Below, in pieces: positions 45,801-60,800 of a stretch of 64,000 bases of DNA. The translations under genes were made by a program, and so were the position numbers. The stretch comes from Balanoglossus misakiensis. Its lineage: Eukaryota; Animalia; Hemichordata. The notes below the pieces were generated by a model. It saw nothing but the letters and a program-made list of their open reading frames with translations. It had not been told where the DNA came from and did no database searches. Positions within the stretch are counted from its first letter, which is position 1. Each line of letters begins with the position of its first letter. The DNA is taken from the NCBI GenBank assembly GCA_040954595.2, contig CM082582.2:5812303-5876302 (forward strand), written 5' to 3'.

Positions 45801-48800
45801 TTTTGAAAATTCGCAAAGTCGAAAAATTGTCATATTTGGATGATTTTCATGAGCAATAACCCATGGTTTTTATCAAAAAATGAAGAAATTTTGAAAATAC
45901 GCAAAGTCGAAAAATTGTCATGTTTGGATGATTTTCATGACCTATAACCCATGGTTTTTATCAAAAAATGAAGAAATTTTGAAAATTCGCAAAGTCCAAA
46001 AATTGTCATTTTTGGATGATTTTCATGAGTTATAACCCATGGTTTTTATCAAAAAATGAAGAAATTTTGAAAATTCGCAAAGTCGAAAAATTGTCACTTT
46101 TGGATGATTTTCATGACCTATAACCCATGGTTTTTATCAAAATATGAAGAAATTTTGAAAATTCGCAAAGTCGAAAAATTGTCACTTTTGGATGATTTTC
46201 ATGAGCTATAACCCTTGGTTTTTATAAAAATATGAAGAAATTTTGAAAATTCGCAAAGTCGAAAAATTGTCATTTTTGGATGATTTTCATGAGCTATAAC
46301 CCTTGGTTTTTATCAAAAAATGAAGAAATTTTAAAAAATTCGCAAAGTCGAAAAATTGTCATATTTGGATGATTTTCATGAGCTATAACCCATGGTTTTT
46401 ATCAAAAAATGAAGAAATTTTGAAAATACGCAAAGTCGAAAAATTGTCATTTTTGGATGATTTTCATGAGCTATAACCCATGGTTTTTATCAAAAAATGA
46501 AGAAATTTTAAAAAAATTCGCAAAGTCGTAAAATTGTCATTTTTGGATGATTTTCATGAGCTATAACCCATGGTTTTTCTCAAAAAATGAAGAAATTTTG
46601 AAAATTCGCAAAGTCGAAAAATTGTCATTTTTGGATGATTTTCATGAGCTATAACCCATGGTTTTTATCAAAAAATGAAGAAATTTTGAAAATTCGCAAA
46701 GTCGAAAAATTGTCATTTTTGGATGATTTTCATGAGCTATAACCCATGGTTTTTATCAAAAAATGAAGAAATTTTGAAAATTCGCAAAGTCGAAAAATTG
46801 TCATTTTTGGATGATTTTCATGAGCTATAACCCATGGTTTTTATCAAAAAATGTAGAAATTTTGAAAATTCGCAAAGTCGAAAAATTGTCATTTTTGGAT
46901 GATTTTCATGAGCTATAACCCATGGTTTTTATCAAAAAATGAAGAAATTTTGAAAATTCGCAAAGTCGAAAAATTGTCATTTTTGGATGATTTTCATGAG
47001 CTATAACCCATGGTTTTTATCAAAAAATGAAGAAATTTTGAAAATTCGCAAAGTCGAAAAATTGTCATATTTGGATGATTTTCATGAGCTATAACCCATG
47101 GTTTTTATCAAAAAATGAAGAAATTTTGAAAATTCGCAAAGTCGAAAAATTGTCATTTTTGGATGATTTTCATGAGCTATAACCCATGGTTTTTATCAAA
47201 AAATGAAGAAATTGTGAAAATTCGCAAAGTCGAAAATTGTCATATTTGGATGATTTTCATGAGCAATAACCCATGGTTTTTATCAAAAAATGAAGTAATT
47301 TTGAAAATTCGCACAGTCGAAAAATTGTCATATTTGGATGATTTTCATGAGCTATAACCCATGGTTTTTATCAAAAAATGAAGAAATTTTGAAAATTCGC
47401 AAGGTCGAAAAATTGTCATTTTTGGATGATTTTCATGAGCTATAACCCATGGTTTTTATCAAAAAATGAAGAAATTTTGAAAATACGCAAGGTCGAAAAA
47501 TTGTCATATTTGGATGATTTTCATGAGCTATTACCCATGGTTTTTATCAAAAAATGAAGAAATTTTGAAAATTCGCAAAGTCGAAAAATTGTCATTTTTG
47601 GATGATTTTCATGAGCTATAACCCATGGTTTTTATCAAAAAATGAAGGAATTTTGAAAACTCGCAAGTCGAAAAATTGTCATTTTTGGATGATTTTCATG
47701 AGTTATAACCCATGGTTTTTATCAAAAAATGAAGAAATTTTGAAAATTCGCAAAGTCGAAAAATTGTCACTTTTGGATGATTTTCATGACATATAACCCA
47801 TGGTTTTTATCAAAATATGAAGAAATTTTGAAAATTCGCAAAGTCGAAAAATTGTCACTTTTGGATGATTTTCATGAGCTATAAACCATGGTTTTTATCA
47901 AAAAATGAAGAAATTGTGAAAATTCGCAAAGTCGAAAAATTGTCATATTTGGATGCTTTTCATGAGCAATAACCCATGGTTTTTATCAAAAAATGAAGAA
48001 ATTTTGAAAATTCGCACAGTCGAAAAATTGTCATATTTGGATGATTTTCATGAGCTATAACCCATGGTTTGTATCAAAAAATGAAGAAATTTTGAAAATT
48101 CGCAAGGTCGAAAAATTGTCATTTTTGGATGATTTTCATGAGCTATAACCCATGGTTTTTATCAAAAAATGAAGAAATTTTGAAAATACGCAAGGTCGAA
48201 AAATTGTCATATTTGGATGATTTTCATGAGCTATTACCCATGGTTTTTATCAAAAAATGAAGAAATTTTGAAAATTCGCAAAGTCGAAAAATTGTCATTT
48301 TTGGATGATTTTCATGAGCTATAACCCATGGTTTTTATCAAAAAATGAAGGAATTTTGAAAACTCGCAAGTCGAAAAATTGTCATATTTGGATGATTTTC
48401 ATGAGCTATAACCCATGGTTTTTATCAAAAAATGAAGAAATTTTGAAAATTCGCAAAGTCGAAAAATTGTCATATTTGGATGATTTTCATGAGCTATAAC
48501 CCATGGTTTTTATCAAAAAATGAAGAAATTTTGAAAATTCGCAAAGTCGAAAAATTGTCATTTTTGGATGATTTTCATGAGCTATAACCCATGGTTTTTA
48601 TCAAAAAATGAAGAAATTTTGAAAATTCGCAAAGTCGAAAAATTGTCATTTTTGGATGATTTTCATGAGCTATAACCCATGGTTTTTCTCAAAAAATGAA
48701 GAAATTTTGAAAATTCGCAAAGTCGAAAAATTGTCATTTTAGGATGATTTTCATGAGCTATAACCCATGGTTTTTCTCAAAAAATGAAGAAATTTTGAAA

Positions 48801-51800
48801 ATTCGCAAAGTCGAAAAATTGTCATTTTTGGATGATTTTCATGAGCTATAACCCATGGTTTTTATCAAAAAAATGAAGAAATTTTGAAAATACGCAAAGT
48901 CGAAAAATTGTCATTTTTGGATGATTTTCATGAGCTATAACCCATGGTTTTTATCAAAAAATGAAGAAATTTTGAAAATTCGCAAAGTCGAAAAATTGTC
49001 ATTTTTGGATGATTTTCATGAGCTATAACCCATGGTTTTTATCAAAAAATGAAGAAATTTTGAAAATTCGCAAAGTCGAAAAATTGTCATTTTTGGAGGA
49101 TTTTCATGAGCTATAACCCATGGTTTTTATCAAAAAATGAAGAAATTTTGAAAATTCGCAAAGTCGAAAAATTGTCATTTTTGGATGATTTTCATGAGCT
49201 ATAACCCATGGTTTTTATCAAAAAATGAAGAAATTTTGAAAATTCGCAAAGTCGAAAAATTGTCATTTTTGGATGATTTTCATGAGCTATAACCCATGGT
49301 TTTTATCAAAAAATGAAGAAATTTTGAAAATTCGCAAAGTCGAAAAATTGTCATTTTTGGATGATTTTCATGAGCTATAACCCATGGTTTTTATCAAAAA
49401 ATGAAGAAATTTTGAAAATTCGCAAAGTCGAAAAATTGTCATATTTGGATGATTTTCATGAGCTATAACCCATGGTTTTTATCAAAAAATGAAGAAATTT
49501 TGAAAATTCGCAAAGTCGAAAAATTGTCATATTTGGATGATTTTCATGAGCTATAACCCATGGTTTTTATCAAAAAATGAAGAAATTTTGAAAATTCGCA
49601 AAGTCGAAAAATTGTCATATTTGGATGATTTTCATGAGCTATAACCCATGGTTTTTATCAAAAAATGAAGAAATTTTGAAAATTCGCAAAGTCGAAAAAT
49701 TGTCATATTTGGATGATTTTCATGAGCTATAACCCATGGTTTTTATCAAAAAGTGAAGAAATTTTGAAAATTCGCAAAGTCGAAAAATTGTCATTTTTGG
49801 ATGATTTTCATGAGCTATAACCCATGGTTTTTATCAAAAAATGAAGAAATTGTGAAAATTCGCAAAGTCGAAAAATTGTCATATTTGGATGATTTTCATG
49901 AGCAATAACCCATGGTTTTTATCAAAAAATGAAGAAATTTTGAAAATACGCAAAGTCGAAAAATTGTCATTTTTGGATTATTTTCATGAGCTATAACCCA
50001 TGGTTTTTATCAAAAAATGAAGAAATTTTGAAAATTCGCAAGGTCGAAAAATTGTCATTTTTGGATGATTTTCATGAGCTATAACCCATGGTTTTTATCA
50101 AAAAATGAAGAAATTTTGAAAAGTCGCAAAGTTGAAAAATTGTCATTTTTGGATGATTTTCATGATCTATAACCCATGGTTTTTATCAAAAAATGAAGAA
50201 ATTTTGAAAATTCGCAAAGTCGAAAAATTGTCATTTTTGGATGATTTTCATGAGCTATAACCCATGGTTTTTATCAAAAAATGAAGAAATTTTGAAAATT
50301 CGCAAAGTCGAAAAATTGTCATATTTGGATGATTTTCATGAGCTATAACCCATGGTTTTTATCAAAAAATGAAGAAATTTTGAAAATTCGCAAAGTCGAA
50401 AAATTGTCATATTTGGATGATTTTCATGAGCTATAACCCATGGTTTTTATCAAAAAATGAAGAAATTTTGAAAATTCGCAAAGTCGAAAAATTGTCATAT
50501 TTGGATGATTTTCATGAGCTATAACCCATGGTTTTTATCAAAAAATGAAGAAATTTTGAAAATTCGCAAAGTCGAAAAATTGTCATATTTGGATGATTTT
50601 CATGAGCTATAACCCATGGTTTTTATCAAAAAATGAAGAAATTTTGAAAATTCGCAAAGTCGAAAAATTGTCATTTTTGGATGATTTTCATGAGCTATAA
50701 CCCATGGTTTTTATCAAAAAATGAAGAAATTGTGAAAATTCGCAAAGTCGAAAAATTGTCATATTTGGATGATTTTCATGAGCAATAACCCATGGTTTTT
50801 ATCAAAAAATGAAGAAATTTTGAAAATACGCAAAGTCGAAAAATTGTCATTTTTGGATTATTTTCATGAGCTATAACCCATGGTTTTTATCAAAAAATGA
50901 AGAAATTTTGAAAATTCGCAAAGTCGAAAAATTGTCATTTTTGGATGATTTTCATGAGCTATAACCCATGGTTTTTATCAAAAAATGAAGAAATTTTGAA
51001 AAGTCGCAAAGTTGAAAAATTGTCATTTTTGGATGATTTTCATGAGCTATAACCCATGGTTTTTATCAAAAAATGAAGAAATTTTGAAAATTCGCAAAGT
51101 CGAAAAATTGTCATTTTTGGATGATTTTCATGAGCTATAACCCATGGTTTTTATCAAAAAATGAAGAAATTTTGAAAATTCGCAAAGTCGAAAAATTGTC
51201 ATATTTGGATGATTTTCATGAGCTATAACCCATGGTTTTTATCAAAAAATGAAGAAATTTTGAAAATTCGCAAAGTCGAAAAATTGTCATATTTGGATGA
51301 TTTTCATGAGCTATAACCCATGGTTTTTATCAAAAAATGAAGAAATTTTGAAAATTCGCAAAGTCGAAAAATTGTCATATTTGGATGATTTTCATGAGCT
51401 ATAACCCATGGTTTTTATCAAAAAATGAAGAAATTTTGAAAATTCGCAAAGTCGAAAAATTGTCATATTTGGATGATTTTCATGAGCTATAACCCATGGT
51501 TTTTATCAAAAAATGAAGAAATTTTGAAAATTCGCAAAGTCGAAAAATTGTCATTTTTGGATGATTTTCATGAGCTATAACCCATGGTTTTTATCAAAAA
51601 ATGAAGAAATTGTGAAAATTCGCAAAGTCGAAAAATTGTCATATTTGGATGATTTTCATGAGCAATAACCCATGGTTTTTATCAAAAAATGAAGAAATTT
51701 TGAAAATTCGCACAGTCGAAAAATTGTCATATTTGGATGTTTTTCATGAGCTATAACCCATGGTTTTTATCAAAAAATGAAGAAATTTTGAAAATTCGCA

Positions 51801-54800
51801 AAGTCGAAAAATTGTCATATTTGGATGATTTTCATGAGCTATAACCCATGGTTTTTATCAAAAAATGAAGAAATTTTGAAAATTCGCAAAGTCGAAAAAT
51901 TGTCATATTTGGATGATTTTCATGAGCTATAACCCATGGTTTTTATCAAAAAATGAAGAAATTTTGAAAATTCGCAAAGTCGAAAAATTGTCATATTTGG
52001 ATGATTTTCATGAGCTATAACCCATGGTTTTTATCAAAAAATGAAGAAATTTTGAAAATTCGCAAAGTCGAAAAATTGTCATATTTGGATGATTTTCATG
52101 AGCTATAACCCATGGTTTTTATCAAAAAATGAAGAAATTTTGAAAATTCGCAAAGTCGAAAAATTGTCATTTTTGGATGATTTTCATGAGCTATAACCCA
52201 TGGTTTTTATCAAAAAATGAAGAAATTGTGAAAATTCGCAAAGTCGAAAAATTGTCATATTTGGATGATTTTCATGAGCAATAACCCATGGTTTTTATCA
52301 AAAAATGAAGAAATTTTGAAAATTCGCACAGTCGAAAAATTGTCATATTTGGATGATTTTCATGAGCTATAACCCATGGTTTTTATCAAAAAATGAAGAA
52401 ATTTTGAAAATTCGCAAGGTCGAAAAATTGTCATTTTTGGATGATTTTCATGAGCTATAACCCATGGTTTTTATCAAAAAATGAAGAAATTTTGAAAAGT
52501 CGCAAAGTTGAAAAATTGTCATTTTTGGATGATTTTCATGAGCTATAACCCATGGTTTTTATCAAAAAATGAAGAAATTTTGAAAATTCGCAAAGTCGAA
52601 AAATTGTCATATTTGGATGATTTTCATGAGCTATAACCCATGGTTTTTATCAAAAAATGAAGAAATTTTGAAAATTCGCAAAGTCGAAAAATTGTCATAT
52701 TTGGATGATTTTCATGAGCTATAACCCATGGTTTTTATCAAAAAATGAAGAAATTTTGAAAATTCGCAAAGTCGAAAAATTGTCATTTTTGGATGATTTT
52801 CATGAGCTATAACCCATGGTTTTTATCAAAAAATGAAGAAATTGTGAAAATTCGCAAAGTCGAAAAATTGTCATATTTGGATGATTTTCATGAGCAATAA
52901 CCCATGGTTTTTATCAAAAAATGAAGAAATTTTGAAAATTCGCACAGTCGAAAAATTGTCATATTTGGATGTTTTTCATGAGCTATAACCCATGGTTTTT
53001 ATCAAAAAATGAAGAAATTTTGAAAATTCGCAAGGTCGAAAAATTGTCATTTTTGGATGATTTTCATGAGCTATAACCCATGGTTTTTATCAAAAAATGA
53101 AGAAATTTTGAAAATACGCAAGGTCGAAAAATTGTCATATTTGGATGATTTTCATGAGCTATTACCCATGGTTTTTATCAAAATATGAAGAAATTTTGAA
53201 AATTCGCAAAGTCGAAAAATTGTCATTTTTGGATGATTTTCATGAGCTATAACCCATGGTTTTTATCAAAAAATGAAGGAATTTTGAAAACTCGCAAGTC
53301 GAAAAATTGTCATATTTGGATGATTTTCATGAGCAATAACCCATGGTTTTTATCAAAAAATGAAGAAATTTTGAAAATTCGCAAAGTCGAAAAATTGTCA
53401 TATTTGGATGATTTTCATGAGCTATAACCCATGGTTTTTATCAAAAAATGAAGAAATTTTGAAAATTCGCAAAGTCGAAAAATTGTCATTTTTGGATGAT
53501 TTTCATGAGCTATAACCCATGGTTTTTATCAAAAAATGAAGAAATTTTGAAAATTCGCAAAGTCGAAAAATTGTCATTTTTGGATGATTTTCATGAGCTA
53601 TAACCCATGGTTTTTATCAAAAAATGAAGAAATTTTGAAAATTCGCAAAGTCGAAAAATTGTCATTTTTGGATGATTTTCATGAGCTATAACCCATGGTT
53701 TTGAAAATTCGCAAAGTCGAAAAATTGTCATTTTTGGATGATTTTCATGAGCTATAACCCATGGTTTTTATCAAAAAATGAAGAAATTTTGAAAATTCGC
53801 AAAGTCAAAAAATTGTCATTTTTGGATGATTTTCATGAGCTATAACCCATGGTTTTTATCAAAAAATGAAGAAATTTTGAAAATTCGCAAAGTCGAAAAA
53901 TTGTCATTTTTGGATGATTTTCATGAGCTATAACCCATGGTTTTTATCAAAAAATGAAGAAATTTTGAAAATTCGCAAAGTCGAAAAATTGTCATTTTTG
54001 GATGATTTTCATGAGCTATAACCCATGGTTTTTATCAAAAAATGAAGAAATTTTGAAAATTCGCAAAGTCGAAAAATTGTCATTTTTGGATGATTTTCAT
54101 GAGCTATAACCCATGGTTTTTATCAAAAAATGAAGAAATTATGAAAATTCGCAAAGTCGAAAAATTGTCATTTTTGGATGATTTTCATGAGCTATAACCC
54201 ATGGTTTTTATCAAAAAATGAAGAAATTATGAAAATTCGCAAAGTCGAAAAATTGTCATATTTGGATGATTTTCATGAGCTATAACCCATGGTTTTTATC
54301 AAAAAATGAAGAAATTTTGAAAATTCGCAAAGTCGAAAAATTGTCATATTTGGATGATTTTCATGAGCTATAACCCATGGTTTTTATCAAAAAATGAAGA
54401 AATTTTGAAAATTCGCAAAGTCGAAAAATTGTCATTTTTGGATGATTTTCATGAGCTATAACCCATGGTTTTTATCAAAAAATGAAGAAATTTTGAAAAT
54501 TCGCAAAGTCGAAAAATTGTCATATTTGGATGATTTTCATGAGCTATAACCCATGGTTTTTATCAAAAAATGAAGAAATTTTGAAAATTCGCAAAGTCGA
54601 AAAATTGTCATTTTTGGATGATTTTCATGAGCTATAACCCATGGTTTTTATCAAAAAATGAAGAAATTTTGAAAATTCGCAAAGTCGAAAAATTGTCATT
54701 TTTGGATGATTTTCATGAGCTATAACCCATGGTTTTTATCAAAAAATGAAGAAATTTTGAAAATTCGCAAAGTCGAAAAATTGTCATTTTTGGATGATTT

Positions 54801-57800
54801 TCATGAGCTATAACCCATGGTTTTTATCAAAAAATGAAGAAATTTTGAAAATTCGCAAAGTCGAAAAATTGTCATATTTGGATGATTTTCATGAGCTATA
54901 ACCCATGGTTTTTATCAAAAAATGAAGAAATTTTGAAAATTCGCAAAGTTGAAAAATTGTCATATTTGGATGATTTTCATGAGCTATAACCCATGGTTTT
55001 TATCAAAAAATGAAGAAATTTTGAAAATTCGCAAAGTCGAAAAATTGTCATATTTGGATGATTTTCATGAGCTATAACCCATGGTTTTTATCAAAAAATG
55101 AAGAAATTTTGAAAATTCGCAAAGTCGAAAAATTGTCATATTTGGATGATTTTCATGAGCTATAACCCATGGTTTTTATCAAAAAATGAAGAAATTTTGA
55201 AAATTCGCAAAGTCGAAAAATTGTCATTTTTGGATGATTTTCATGAGCTATAACCCATGGTTTTTATCAAAAAATGAAGAAATTTTGAAATTTCGCAAAG
55301 TCGAAAAATTGTCATTTTTGGATGATTTTCATGAGCTATAACCCATGGTTTTTATCAAAAAATGAAGAAATTGTGAAAATTCGCAAAGTCGAAAAATTGT
55401 CATATTTGGATGATTTTCATGAGCAATAACCCATGGTTTTTATCAAAAAATGAAGAAATTTTGAAAATACGCAAAGTCGAAAAATTGTCATTTTTGGATT
55501 ATTTTCATGAGCTATAACCCATGGTTTTTATCAAAAAATGAAGAAATTTTGAAAATTCGCAAGGTCGAAAAATTGTCATTTTTGGATGATTTTCATGAGC
55601 TATAACCCATGGTTTTTATCAAAAAATGAAGAAATTTTGAAAAGTCGCAAAGTTGAAAAATTGTCATTTTTGGATGATTTTCATGAGCTATAACCCATGG
55701 TTTTTATCAAAAAATGAAGAAATTTTGAAAATTCGCAAAGTCGAAAAATTGTCATTTTTGGATGATTTTCATGAGCTATAACCCATGGTTTTTATCAAAA
55801 AATGAAGAAATTTTGAAAATTCGCAAAGTCGAAAAATTGTCATATTTGGATGATTTTCATGAGCTATAACCCATGGTTTTTATCAAAAAATGAAGAAATT
55901 TTGAAAATTCGCAAAGTCGAAAAATTGTCATATTTGGATGATTTTCATGAGCTATAACCCATGGTTTTTATCAAAAAATGAAGAAATTTTGAAAATTCGC
56001 AAAGTCGAAAAATTGTCATATTTGGATGATTTTCATGAGCTATAACCCATGGTTTTTATCAAAAAATGAAGAAATTTTGAAAATTCGCAAAGTCGAAAAA
56101 TTGTCATTTTTGGATGATTTTCATGAGCTATAACCCATGGTTTTTATCAAAAAATGAAGAAATTATGAAAATTCGCAAAGTCGAAAAATTGTCATATTTG
56201 GATGATTTTCATGAGCAATAACCCATGGTTTTTATCAAAAAATGAAGAAATTTTGAAAATTCGCACAGTCGAAAAATTGTCATATTTGGATGTTTTTCAT
56301 GAGCTATAACCCATGGTTTTTATCAAAAAATGAAGAAATTTTGAAAATTCGCAAAGTCGAAAAATTGTCATATTTGGATAATTTTCATGAGCTATAACCC
56401 ATGGTTTTTATCAAAAAATGAAGAAATTTTGAAAATTCGCAAAGTCGAAAAATTGTCATATTTGGATGATTTTCATGAGCTATAACCCATGGTTTTTATC
56501 AAAAAATGAAGAAATTTTGAAAATTCGCAAAGTCGAAAAATTGTCATATTTGGATGATTTTCATGAGCTATAACCCATGGTTTTTATCAAAAAATGAAGA
56601 AATTTTGAAAATTCGCAAAGTCGAAAAATTGTCATTTTTGGATGATTTTCATGAGCTATAACCCATGGTTTTTATCAAAAAATGAAGAAATTGCGAAAAT
56701 TCGCAAAGTCGAAAAATTGTCATATTTGGATGATTTTCATGAGCAATAACCCATGGTTTTTATCAAAAAATGAAGAAATTTTGAAAATTCGCACAGTCGA
56801 AAAATTGTCATATTTGGATGATTTTCATGAGCTATAACCCATGGTTTTTATCAAAAAATGAAGAAATTTTGAAAATTCGCAAGGTCGAAAAATTGTCATT
56901 TTTGGATGATTTTCATGAGCTATAACCCATGGTTTTTATCAAAAAATGAAGAAATTTTGAAAAGTCGCAAAGTCGAAAAATTGTCATTTTTGGATGATTT
57001 TCATGAGCTATAACCCATGGTTTTTATCAAAAAATGAAGAAATTTTGAAAATTCGCAAAGTCGAAAAATTGTCATTTTTGGATGATTTTCATGAGCTATA
57101 ACCCATGGTTTTTATCAAAAAATGAAGAAATTTTGAAAATTCGCAAAGTCGAAAAATTGTCATATTTGGATGATTTTCATGAGCTATAACCCATGGTTTT
57201 TATCAAAAAATGAAGAAATTTTGAAAATTCGCAAAGTCGAAAAATTGTCATATTTGGATGATTTTCATGAGCTATAACCCATGGTTTTTATCAAAAAATG
57301 AAGAAATTTTGAAAATTCGCAAAGTCGAAAAATTGTCATATTTGGATGATTTTCATGAGCTATAACCCATGGTTTTTATCAAAAAATGAAGAAATTTTGA
57401 AAATTCGCAAAGTCGAAAAATTGTCATATTTGGATGATTTTCATGAGCTATAACCCATGGTTTTTATCAAAAAATGAAGAAATTTTGAAAATTCGCAAAG
57501 TCGAAAAATTGTCATATTTGGATGATTTTCATGAGCTATAACCCATGGTTTTTATCAAAAAATGAAGAAATTTTGAAAATTCGCAAAGTCGAAAAATTGT
57601 CATTTTTGGATGATTTTCATGAGCTATAACCCATGGTTTTTATCAAAAAATGAAGAAATTGTGAAAATTCGCAAAGTCGAAAAATTGTCATATTTGGATG
57701 ATTTTCATGAGCAATAACCCATGGTTTTTATCAAAAAATGAAGAAATTTTGAAAATTCGCACGGTCGAAAAATTGTCATATTTGGATGTTTTTCATGAGC

Positions 57801-60800
57801 TATAACCCATGGTTTTTATCAAAAAATGAAGAAATTTTGAAAATTCGCAAGGTCGAAAAATTGTCATATTTGGATGATTTTCATGAGCTATAACCCATGG
57901 TTTTTATCAAAAAATGAAGAAATTTTGAAAATTCGCAAAGTCGAAAAATTGTCATTTTTGGATGATTTTCATGAGCTATAACCCATGGTTTTTATCAAAA
58001 AATGAAGGAATTTTGAAAACTCGCAAGTCGAAAAATTGTCATATTTGGATGATTTTCATGAGCTATAACCCATGGTTTTTATCAAAAAATGAAGAAATTT
58101 TGAAAATTCGCAAAGTCGAAAAATTGTCATATTTGGATGATTTTCATGAGCTATAACCCATGGTTTTTATCAAAAAATGAAGAAATTTTGAAAATTCGCA
58201 AAGTCGAAAAATTGTCATTTTTGGATGATTTTCATGAGCTATAACCCATGGTTTTTATCAAAAAATGAAGAAATTTTGAAAATTCGCAAAGTCGAAAAAT
58301 TGTCATATTTGGATGATTTTCATGAGCTATAACCCATGGTTTTTATCAAAAAATGAAGAAATTTTGAAAATTCGCAAAGTCGAAAAATTGTCATTTTTGG
58401 ATGATTTTCATGAGCTATAACCCATGGTTTTTATCAAAAAATGAAGAAATTTTGAAAATTCGCAAAGTCGAAAAATTGTCATTTTTGGATGATTTTCATG
58501 AGCTATAACCCATGGTTTTTATCAAAAAATGAAGAAATTTTGAAAATTCGCAAAGTCAAAAAATTGTCATTTTTGGATGATTTTCATGAGCTATAACCCA
58601 TGGTTTTTATCAAAAAATGAAGAAATTTTGAAAATTCGCAAAGTCGAAAAATTGTCATTTTTGGATGATTTTCATGAGCTATAACCCATGGTTTTTATCA
58701 AAAAATGAAGAAATTTCGAAAATTCGCAAAGTCGAAAAATTGTCATTTTTGGATGATTTTCATGAGCTATAACCCATGGTTTTTATCAAAAAATGAAGAA
58801 ATTTCGAAAATTCGCAAAGTCGAAAAATTGTCATTTTTTGATGATTTTCATGAGCTATAACCCATGGTTTTTATCAAAAAATGAAGAAATTTTGAAAATT
58901 CGCAAAGTCGAAAAATTGTCATTTTTGGATGATTTTCATGAGCTATAACCCATGGTTTTTATCAAAAAATGAAGAAATTTTGAAAATTCGCAAAGTCGAA
59001 AAATTGTCATATTTGGATGATTTTCATGAGCTATAACCCATGGTTTTTATCAAAAAATGAAGAAATTTTGAAAATTCGCAAAGTCGAAAAATTGTCATAT
59101 TTGGATGATTTTCATGAGCTATAACCCATGGTTTTTATCAAAAAATGAAGAAATTTTGAAAATTCGCAAAGTCGAAAAATTGTCATTTTTGGATGATTTT
59201 CATGAGCTATAACCCATGGTTTTTATCAAAAAATGAAGAAATTTTGAAAATTCGCAAAGTCGAAAAATTGTCATTTTTGGATGATTTTCATGAGCTATAA
59301 CCCATGGTTTTTATCAAAAAATGAAGAAATTTTGAAAATTCGCAAAGTCGAAAAATTGTCATTTTTGGATGATTTTCATGAGCTATAACCCATGGTTTTT
59401 ATCAAAAAATGAAGAAATTTTGAAAATACGCAAAGTCGAAAAATTGTCATTTTTGGATGATTTTCAGGAGCTATAACCCATGGTTTTTATCAAAAAATGA
59501 AGAAATTTTGAAAATTCGCAAAGTCGAAAAATTGTCATTTTTGGATGATTTTCATGAGCTATAACCCATGGTTTTTATCAAAAAATGAAGAAATTTTGAA
59601 AATTCGCAAAGTCGAAAAATTGTCATTTTTGAATGATTTTCATGAGCTATAACCCATGGTTTTTATCAAAAAATGAAGAAATTTTGAAAATTCGCAAAGT
59701 CGAAAAATTGTCATTTTGGGTGATTTTCATGAGCTATAACCCATGGTTTTTATCAAAAAATGAAGAAATTTTGAAAATTCGCAAAGTCGAAAAATTGTCA
59801 TATTTGGATGATTTTCATGAGCTATAACCCATGGTTTTTATCAAAAAATGAAGAAATTTTGAAAATTCGCAAAGTCGAAAAATTGTCATATTTGGATGAT
59901 TTTCATGAGCTATAACCCATGGTTTTTATCAAAAAATGAAGAAATTTTGAAAATTCGCAAAGTCGAAAAATTGTCATATTTGGATGATTTTCATGAGCTA
60001 TAACCCATGGTTTTTATCCAAAAATGAAGAAATTTTGAAAATTCGCAAAGTCGAAAAATTGTCATTTTTGGATGATTTTCATGAGCTATAACCCATGGTT
60101 TTTATCAAAAAATGAAGGAATTTTGAAAATTCGCAAGTCGAAAAATTGTCATATTTGGATGATTTTCATGAGCTATAACCCATGGTTTTTATCAAAAAAT
60201 GAAGAAATTTTGAAAATTCGCAAAGTCGAAAAATTGTCATTTTTGGATGATTTTCATGAGCTATAACCCATGGTTTTTATCAAAAAATGAAGAAATTTTG
60301 AAAATTCGCAAAGTCGGAAAATTGTCATATTTGGATGATTTTCATGAGCTATAACCCATGGTTTTTATCAAAAAATGAAGAAATTTTGAAAATTCGCAAA
60401 GTCGAAAAATTGTCATATTTGGATGATTTTCATGAGCTATAACCCATGGTTTTTATCAAAAAATGAAGAAATTTTGAAAATTCGCAATGTCGAAAAATTG
60501 TCATATTTGGATGATTTTCATGAGCTATAACCCATGGTTTTTATCAAAAAATGAAGAAATTTTGAAAATTCGCAAAGTCGAAAAATTGTCATATTTGGAT
60601 GATTTTCATGAGCTATAACCCATGGTTTTTATCAAAAAATGAAGAAATTTTGAAAATTCGCAAAGTCGAAAAATTGTCATATTTGGATGATTTTCATGAG
60701 CTATAACCCATGGTTTTTATCAAAAAATGAAGAAATTTTGAAAATTCGCAAAGTCGAAAAATTGTCATATTTGGATGATTTTCATGAGCTATAACCCATG

